Shown here piece by piece: positions 55,316 to 64,000 of a stretch of DNA of 64,000 nucleotides. The position numbers and the translations under genes are program-made. The first letter of the stretch is position 1. Every line of letters starts with the position of its first letter. The notes under the pieces are model-generated. The model did not search any database. It saw only the letters and a program-made list of their open reading frames with translations, and was not told where the DNA came from. The DNA comes from Paragordius varius (Eukaryota > Animalia > Nematomorpha), in assembly GCA_964247055.1 (NCBI GenBank), contig OZ176051.1, positions 930,001 to 994,000 of the forward strand, written 5' to 3'.

Positions 55316-58300
55316 TAAAATTAGTCGCATCAATACTCAAGTTAAACTTTGTCCTTAAAAATCGGATATTTGTCACAGGTGAACAAAATTATTTTATTTA
55401 CATTTTCTTAGTAAGACTACATCAAAATATAGAAATAGTTTGACAAACTCTTTCATATCCGATTTTTACAACGATACTTTAAAAATTAATGTATTAAACT
55501 AGTCGCATCAATACTCAAGTTAAACTTTGTCCTTAAAAATCGGATATTGGTCACCGGTGAACAAAATTATTTTATTTACATTCTCTTAGTAAGACTACAT
55601 CAAAATATAGAAATAGTTTGACAAACTCTTTCATATCCGATTAACGATACTTTAAAAATTAATGTATTAAACTAGTTGCATCAATACTCAAGTTAAACTT
55701 TGTCCTTAAAAATCGGATATTGTTCACCGGTGAACAAAATTATTTTTTATACATTCTCTTAGTAAGACTACATCAAAATATAGAAATAGTTTGACAAACT
55801 CTTTCATATCCGATTTTTACAACGATACTTTAAAAATTAATGTATTAAACTAGTCGCATCAATACTCAAGTTAAACTTTGTCCTTAAAAATCGGATATTG
55901 GTCACCGGTGAACAAAATTATTTTATTTACATTCTCTTAGTAAGACTACATCAAAATATAGAAATAGTTTGACAAACTCTTTCATATCCGATTAACGATA
56001 CTTTAAAAATTAATGTATTAAACTAGTTGCATCAATACTCAAGTTAAACTTTGTCCTTAAAAATCGGATATTGTTCACCGGTGAACAAAATTATTTTTTA
56101 TACATTCTCTTAGCAAGACTACATCAAAATATAGAGATAGTTTGGCAAACTGTTTCATATCCGATTTTTACAACGATACTTTAAAAATTAATGTATAAAA
56201 CTAGTCGCATCAATACTCAAGTTAAACTTTATCCTTAAAAATCAGATATTGGTCACCGGTGAACAAAATTTTTTTTTATATATTCTCTTAGTAAGACTAC
56301 ATCAAAATATAGAGATAGTTTGACAAACTCTTTCATATCCGATTTTTACAACGATACTTTAAAAATTATGGTATTAAACCAGTCGCATCAATACTCAAGT
56401 TAAACTTTGTCCTTAAAAATCGAATATTGGTCACCGGTGAACAAAATTATTTTATTTACATTCTCTTGGTAAGACTACATCAAAATATAGAGATAGTTTG
56501 ACAAACTCTTTCATATCCGATTTTTACAACGATACTTTAAAAATTATGGTATTAAACCAGTCGCATCAATACTCAAGTTAAAATTTGTCCTTAAAAATCG
56601 GATATTGGGGTGAACAAAATTATTTTTTATACATTCTCTTGGTAAGACTACATCAAAATATAGAGATAGTTTGACAAACTCTTTCATATCCGATTATTAC
56701 AACGATACTTTAAAAATTATGGTATTAAACCAGTCGCATCAATACTCAAGTTAAACTTTGTCCTTAAAAATCGGATATTGGTCACCGGTGAACAAAATTG
56801 TTTTTTATACATTCTCTTAGTAGGACTACATCAAAATATAGAGATAGTTTGGCAAACTGTTTCATATCCGATTTTTACAACGATACTTTAAAAATTAATG
56901 TATAAAACTAGTCGCATCAATACTCAAGTTAAACTTTGTCCTTAAAAATCGAATATTGGTCACCGGTTAACAAAATTATTTTATTTACATTCTCTTAGTA
57001 AGACTACATCAAAATATAGAAATAGTTTGACAAACTCTTTCATATCCGATTTTTACAACGATACTTTAAAAATTAATGTATAAAATTAGTCGCATCAATA
57101 CTCAAGTTAAACTTTGTCCTTAAAAATCGGATATTTGTCACAGGTGAACAAAATTATTTTATTTACATTTTCTTAGTAAGACTACATCAAAATATAGAAA
57201 TAGTTTGACAAACTCTTTCATATCCGATTTTTACAACGATACTTTAAAAATTAATGTATTAAACTAGTCGCATCAATACTCAAGTTAAACTTTGTCCTTA
57301 AAAATCGGATATTGGTCACCGGTGAACAAAATTATTTTATTTACATTCTCTTAGTAAGACTACATCAAAATATAGAAATAGTTTGACAAACTCTTTCATA
57401 TCCGATTAACGATACTTTAAAAATTAATGTATTAAACTAGTTGCATCAATACTCAAGTTAAACTTTGTCCTTAAAAATCGGATATTGTTCACCGGTGAAC
57501 AAAATTATTTTTTATACATTCTCTTAGTAAGACTACATCAAAATATAGAAATAGTTTGACAAACTCTTTCATATCCGATTTTTACAACGATACTTTAAAA
57601 ATTAATGTATTAAACTAGTCGCATCAATACTCAAGTTAAACTTTGTCCTTAAAAATCGGATATTGGTCACCGGTGAACAAAATTATTTTATTTACATTCT
57701 CTTAGTAAGACTACATCAAAATATAGAAATAGTTTGACAAACTCTTTCATATCCGATTAACGATACTTTAAAAATTAATGTATTAAACTAGTTGCATCAA
57801 TACTCAAGTTAAACTTTGTCCTTAAAAATCGGATATTGTTCACCGGTGAACAAAATTATTTTTTATACATTCTCTTAGCAAGACTACATCAAAATATAGA
57901 GATAGTTTGGCAAACTGTTTCATATCCGATTTTTACAACGATACTTTAAAAATTAATGTATAAAACTAGTCGCATCAATACTCAAGTTAAACTTTATCCT
58001 TAAAAATCAGATATTGGTCACCGGTGAACAAAATTTTTTTTTATATATTCTCTTAGTAAGACTACATCAAAATATAGAGATAGTTTGACAAACTCTTTCA
58101 TATCCGATTTTTACAACGATACTTTAAAAATTATGGTATTAAACCAGTCGCATCAATACTCAAGTTAAACTTTGTCCTTAAAAATCGAATATTGGTCACC
58201 GGTGAACAAAATTATTTTATTTACATTCTCTTGGTAAGACTACATCAAAATATAGAGATAGTTTGACAAACTCTTTCATATCCGATTTTTACAACGATAC

Positions 58301-58845
58301 TTTAAAAATTATGGTATTAAACCAGTCGCATCAATACTCAAGTTAAAATTTGTCCTTAAAAATCGGATATTGGGGTGAACAAAATTATTTTTTATACATT
58401 CTCTTGGTAAGACTACATCAAAATATAGAGATAGTTTGACAAACTCTTTCATATCCGATTATTACAACGATACTTTAAAAATTATGGTATTAAACCAGTC
58501 GCATCAATACTCAAGTTAAACTTTGTCCTTAAAAATCGGATATTGGTCACCGGTGAACAAAATTGTTTTTTATACATTCTCTTAGTAGGACTACATCAAA
58601 ATATAGAGATAGTTTGGCAAACTGTTTCATATCCGATTTTTACAACGATACTTTAAAAATTAATGTATAAAACTAGTCGCATCAATACTCAAGTTAAACT
58701 TTGTCCTTAAAAATCGAATATTGGTCACCGGTTAACAAAATTATTTTATTTACATTCTCTTAGTAAGACTACATCAAAATATAGAAATAGTTTGACAAAC
58801 TCTTTCATATCCGATTTTTACAACGATACTTTAAAAATTAATGTA
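55315..58845. repeat. 10-monomer (1765-bp) tandem duplication with internal 351-bp dimer repeat
   Basis: tgtcacagg 55371/57136; gatattgggg 56601/58366. 1765 = 10x178 minus three 5-bp deletions. ccgattaac at 55637/55988 (351). Confidence 0.9.
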
Positions 58846-60109
58846 TTAAACTAGTCGCATCAATACTCAAGCTAAACATTGTCCTTAAAAATCGGATATT
58901 GGTCAGCGGTGAATAAAACTATTTTTTATACATTCTCTTAGTAAGACTACATCAAAATATAGAGATAATTTGACAAACTCTTTCATATCCGATTTTTACA
59001 ACGATACTTTAAAAATAAATGTATAAAACTAGTCGTATCAATAAATCGCATCAATACTCAAGTTAAACTTTCTCCTTAAAAATCGGATATTGGTCACCGA
59101 TGAACAAAATTATTTTTTATACATTCTCTTAGTAGGACTACATCAAAATATAGAGATAGTTTGGCAAACTCTTTCATATCCGATTTTTACAACGATACTT
59201 TAAAAATTAATGTATAAAACTAGTCGCATCAATACTCAAGTTAAACTTTGTCCTAAAAAATCGGATATTGGTCACCGGTGAACAAAATTATTATATTTAC
59301 ATCCTCTTAGTAAGACTACATCAAAATATAGAAATAGTTTGACAAACTCTTTCATATCCGATTTTTACAACGATACTTTAAAAAATAATGTATTAAACTA
59401 GTTGCATCAATACTCAAGTTAAACTTTGTCCTTAAAAATCGGATATTGGTCACCGGTGAACAAAATTATTTTATTTAAATTCTCTTAGTAAGACTACATC
59501 AAAATATAGAAATAGTTTGACAAACTCTTTCATATCCGATTTTTACAACGATACTTTAAAAATTAATGTATTAAACTAGTCGCATCAATACTCAAGCTAA
59601 ACATTGTCCTTAAAAATCGGATATTGGTCACCGGTGAACAAAATTATTTTATTTAAATTCTCTTAGTAAGACTACATCAAAATATAGAGATAATTTGACA
59701 AACTCTTTCATATCCGATTTTTACAACGATACTTTAAAAATAAATGTATAAAACTAGTCGTATCAATAAATCGCATCAATACTCAAGTTAAACTTTCTCC
59801 TTAAAAATCGGATATTGGTCACCGGTGAACAAAATTATTTTTTATACATTTTCTTAGTAGTACATCAAAATATAGAGATAGTTTGGCAAACTCTTTCATA
59901 TCCGATTTTTACAACGATACTTTAAAAATTAATGTATAAAACTAGTCGCATCAATACTCAGGTTAAACTTTGTCCTTAAAAATCGGATATTGGTCAACGG
60001 TGAACGAAACTATTTTTTATTTATTCTCTTGAGATAGTTTGACAAACTCTTTCATATCCGATTTTTACAACGATATTTTAAAAATTAATGTATAAAACTA
60101 GTCGCATCA

Positions 60110-63100
60110 ATACTCAAGTTAAACTTTGTCCTTAAAAATCGGATATTGGTCAGCGGTGAACGAGACTATTTTTTATAAATTATCTTAGTAGGACTACATC
60201 AAAATATAGAGATAGTTTGACAAACTCTTTAATATCTGATTTTTACAGCGATACTCTTAAAATTAATGTATAATTTAGCATAGGACAATAAGCAAGTTAA
60301 ACTTTGTCCTTAAAAATCGGTGTTGGTCGCCGGTAAAGAAAATTATATTTTATACATTCTCTTAGTAGGACTACATCAAAATATAGAGATAGTTTGACAA
60401 ACTCTTTCATATCCGATTTTTACAACGATACTTTAAATATTAATGTATAAAATTAGTCGCATCAATACTCAAGTTAAACTTTGTATTTAAAAATCGGATA
60501 TTGGTCACCGGTGAACAAAATTATTATTTATACATTCTCTTATTAAGACTACATCAAAATATAGAGATAGTTGGACAAACTCTTTAATATCTGATTTTTA
60601 CAACGATACTTTAAAAATTAATGTATAAAACTAGTCGCATCAATACTCAAGTTAAACTTTGTCCTTAAAAATCGGATATTGGTCACCGGTGAACGAAATT
60701 ATTTTTTATACATTCTCTTAGTAGGACTACATCAAAATATAGAGATAGTTTGACAAACTCTTTCATATCCGATTTTTACAACGATACTTTAAAAATTAAT
60801 GTATAAAATTAGTCGCATCAATACTCAGGTTAAACTTTGTCCTTAAAAATCGGATATTGGTCAACGGTGAACGAAACTATTTTTTATTTATTCTCTTGAG
60901 ATAGTTTGACAAACTCTTTCATATCCGATTTTTACAACGATATTTTAAAAATTAATGTATAAAACTAGTCGCATCAAAACTCAAGTTAAACTTTGTCCTT
61001 AAAAATCGGATATTGGTCAGCGGTGAACGAGACTATTTTTTATAAATTATCTTAGTAGGACTACATCAAAATATAGAGATAGTTTGACAAACTCTTTAAT
61101 ATCTGATTTTTACAGCGATACTCTTAAAATTAATGTATAATTTAGCATAGGACAATAAGCAAGTTAAACTTTGTCCTTAAAAATCGGTGTTGGTCGCCGG
61201 TAAAGAAAATTATATTTTATACATTCTCTTAGTAGGACTACATCAAAATATAGAGATAGTTTGACCAACTCTTTCATATCCGATTTTTACAACGATACTT
61301 TAAATATTAATGTATAAAATTAGTCGCATCAATACTCAAGTTAAACTTTGTATTTAAAAATCGGATATTGGTCACCGGTGAACAAAATTATTTTTTATAC
61401 ATTCTCTTAGTAGGACTACATCAAAATATAGAGATAGTTGGACAAACTCTTTAATATCTGATTTTTACAACGATACTTTAAAAATTAATGTATAAAATTA
61501 GTCGCATCAATACTCAAGTTAAACTTTGTCCTTAAAAATCGGATATTGGTCACCGGTGAACGAAATTATTTTTTATACATTCTCTTAGTAAGACTACATC
61601 AAAATATAGAGATAGTTTGACAAACTCTTTCATATCCGATTTTTACAACGATACTTTAAAAATTAATGTATAAAACTAGTCGCATCAAAACTCAAGTTAA
61701 ACTTTGTCCTTAAAAATCGGATATTGGTCACCGGTGAACGAGACTATTTTTATAAATTCTCTTAGTAGGACTACATCAAAATATAGAGATAGTTTGACAA
61801 ACTCTTTAATATCTGATTTTTACAGCGATACTTTAAAAATTAATGTATAATTTAGCATAGGACAATAAGCAAGTTAAACTTTGTCCTTAAAAATCGGGGA
61901 TTGGTCGCCGGTAAAGAAAATTATATTTTATACATTCTCTTAGTAGGACTACATCAAAATATAGAGATAGTTTGACAAACTCTTTCATATCCGATTTTTA
62001 CAACGATACTTTAAAAATTAATGTATAAAATTAGTCGCATCAATACTCAAGTTAAACTTTGTCCTTAAAAATCGGATATTGGTCACCGGTGAACAAAATT
62101 ATTATTTATACATTCTCTTATTAAGAGTACATCAAAATATAGAGATAGTTGGACAAACTCTTTAATATCTGATTTTTACAGCGATACTTTAAAAATTAAT
62201 GTATAAAATTAGTCGCATCAATACTCAAGTTAAACTTTGTCCTTAAAAATCGGATATTGGTCACCGGTGAACGAAATTATTTTTTATACATTCTCTTAGT
62301 AGGACTACATCAAAATATAGAGATAGTTTGATAAACTCTTTCATATCCGATTTTTACAACGATACTTTAAAAATTAATGTATAAAATTAGTCGCATCAAT
62401 ACTCAAGTTAAACATTGTCCTTAAAAATCGGATATTGGTCACCGGTGAACGAGACTATTTTTTATAAATTCTCTTAGTAGGACTACATCAAAATATAGAG
62501 ATAGTTTGACAAACTCTTTATCCGATTTTTACAACGATATAAAATTAATGTATAAAACTAGTCGCATCAATACTCAAGTTAAACTTTGTCCTTAAAAATC
62601 TGATATTGGTCACCGGTGAACGAAATTATTTTTTATACATTCTCTTAGTAAGACTACATCAAAATATAGAGATAGTTTGACAAACTCTTTCATATCCGAT
62701 TTTTACAACGATACTTTAAAAATTAATGTATAAAACTAGTCGCATCAAAACTCAAGTTAAACTTTGTCCTTAAAAATCGGATATTGGTCACCGGTGAACG
62801 AGACTATTTTTATAAATTCTCTTAGTAGGACTACATCAAAATATAGAGATAGTTTGACAAACTCTTTAATATCTGATTTTTACAGCGATACTTTAAAAAT
62901 TAATGTATAATTTAGCATAGGACAATAAAGCAAGTTAAACTCTGTCCTTAAAAATCGGGGATTGGTCCGGTAAAGAAATTTATATTTTATACATTCTCTT
63001 AGTAGGACTACATCAAAATATAGAGATAGTTTGACAAACTCTTTCATATCCGATTTTTACAACGATACTTTAAAAATTAATGTATAAAATTAGTCGCATC

Positions 63101-64000
63101 AATACTCAAGTTAAACTTTGTATTTAAAAATCGGATATTGGTCACCGGTGAACAAAATTATTATTTATACATTCTCTTATTAAGAGTACATCAAAATATA
63201 GAGATAGTTGGACAAACTCTTTAATATCTGATTACAGCGATACTTTAAAAATTAATGTATAAAACTAGTCGCATCAATACTCAAGTTAAACTTTGTCCTT
63301 AAAAATCGGATATTGGTCACCGGTGAACGAAATTATTTTTTATACATTCTCTTAGTAGGACTACATCAAAATATAGAGATAGTTTGACAAACTCTTTCAT
63401 ATCCGATTTTTACAACGATACTTCAAAAATTAATGTATAAAATTAGTCGCATCAATACTCAGGTTAAACTTTGTCCTTAAAAATCGGATATTGGTCAACG
63501 GTGAACGAAACTATTTTTTATTTATTCTCTTGAGATAGTTTGACAAACTCTTTCATATCCGATTTTTACAACGATACTTTAAAAATTAATGTATAAAACT
63601 AGTCGCATCAAAACTCAAGTTAAACTTTGTCCTTAAAAATCGGATATTGGTCACCGGTGAACGAGACTATTTTTTATAAATTCTCTTAGTAGGACTACAT
63701 CAAAATATAGAGATAGTTTGACAAACTCTTTCATATCCGATTTTTACAACGATACTTTAAAAATTAATGTATAAAACTAGTCGCATCAAAACTCAAGTTA
63801 AACTTTGTCCTTAAAAATCGGATATTGGTCACCGGTGAACGAGACTATTTTTTATAAATTCTCTTAGTAGGACTACATCAAAATATATAGATAGTTTGAC
63901 AAACTCTTTAATATCTGATTTTTACAGCGATACTTTAAAAATTAATGTATAATTTAGCATAGGACAATAAGCAAGTTAAACTTTGTCCTTAAAAATCGGG
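60110..64000. repeat. Distal diverged domain: loose 4-6-monomer repeat marked by a 19-bp replaced segment; no 13-bp-duplication monomers
   Basis: tttagcataggacaataag at 60274, 61141, 61851, 62911, 63953 (spacings 867, 710, 1060, 1042). Multi-substituted ggtcgccggtaaagaaa monomers follow it. Confidence 0.88.

Larger units (their letters stand above)
50740..60110. repeat. About 1.8-kb block (50.74-52.54 kb) repeated at 58.31-60.11 kb, offset 7571
   Basis: gtcagcggtgaataaa 51331/58902; ggtcaccgatg 51521/59092; same order of flanking monomer types. Confidence 0.85.
1..64000. repeat. Tandem satellite array, 178-bp consensus monomer (length variants about 143-191 bp), about 350-355 copies, single orientation, no interruptions
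   Basis: The motif tcaagttaaactttgtccttaaaaatcggatattggtcaccggtgaac recurs throughout. Clean monomers start at 9431 and 9609, and at 9979 and 10157 (period 178). The consensus has 49 G+C in 178 bp. No non-satellite sequence or reverse-strand monomer was seen. Confidence 0.99.

Noticed and set aside
1-64000. CRISPR array
   Set aside because: There are no unique spacers: the whole 178-bp unit repeats. No cas genes or leader are present.
1-64000. Identity with Arabidopsis CEN178, primate alpha satellite or 5S rDNA/tRNA tandem arrays
   Set aside because: Only the length is similar. I see no recognisable sequence similarity, no Pol III A/B/C boxes and no cloverleaf, and GC is too low for 5S. A database search is still needed.
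1-64000. Embedded transposon or strand inversion
   Set aside because: Every stretch read aligns to the monomer in the same orientation. The reverse-complement matches are the short internal IRs only.
1-64000. Variant order as an information-encoding or programmed cassette system
   Set aside because: The variant patterns are explained by nested duplication, deletion and conversion. No recombinase, recombination sites or expression locus is present.

Overview
All 64,000 bp are one uninterrupted head-to-tail array of an AT-rich (about 27.5% GC) 178-bp satellite, roughly 350-355 monomers in a single orientation. I see no genes, RNA genes, transposon insertions or CRISPR array, and the two supplied ORFs are translation artefacts of the repeat. 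Consensus read by eye: tcaagttaaactttgtccttaaaaatcggatattggtcaccggtgaacaaaattattttttatacattctcttagtaagactacatcaaaatatagagatagtttgacaaactctttcatatccgatttttacaacgatactttaaaaattaatgtataaaactagtcgcatcaatac. I do not recognise the family or host. It is not the Arabidopsis CEN178 sequence despite the same length, and a eukaryotic (peri)centromeric or heterochromatic origin is inference only. The interest is structural. (1) The monomer is packed with dyad symmetry: a 14-bp and an 11-bp inverted repeat that interleave, plus four short dyads about 33 bp apart where deletions tend to fall. (2) Shared variants reveal nested higher-order repeats, from 2-4-mers through 7-11-mers and a 20-mer to 7.6-kb, 9.2-kb and 31-34-kb offset duplications. 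(3) Divergence is layered, from a homogeneous left 45 kb to a diverged right end. All offsets were counted by hand from diagnostic variants; block boundaries are approximate (tens of bp) unless stated otherwise.
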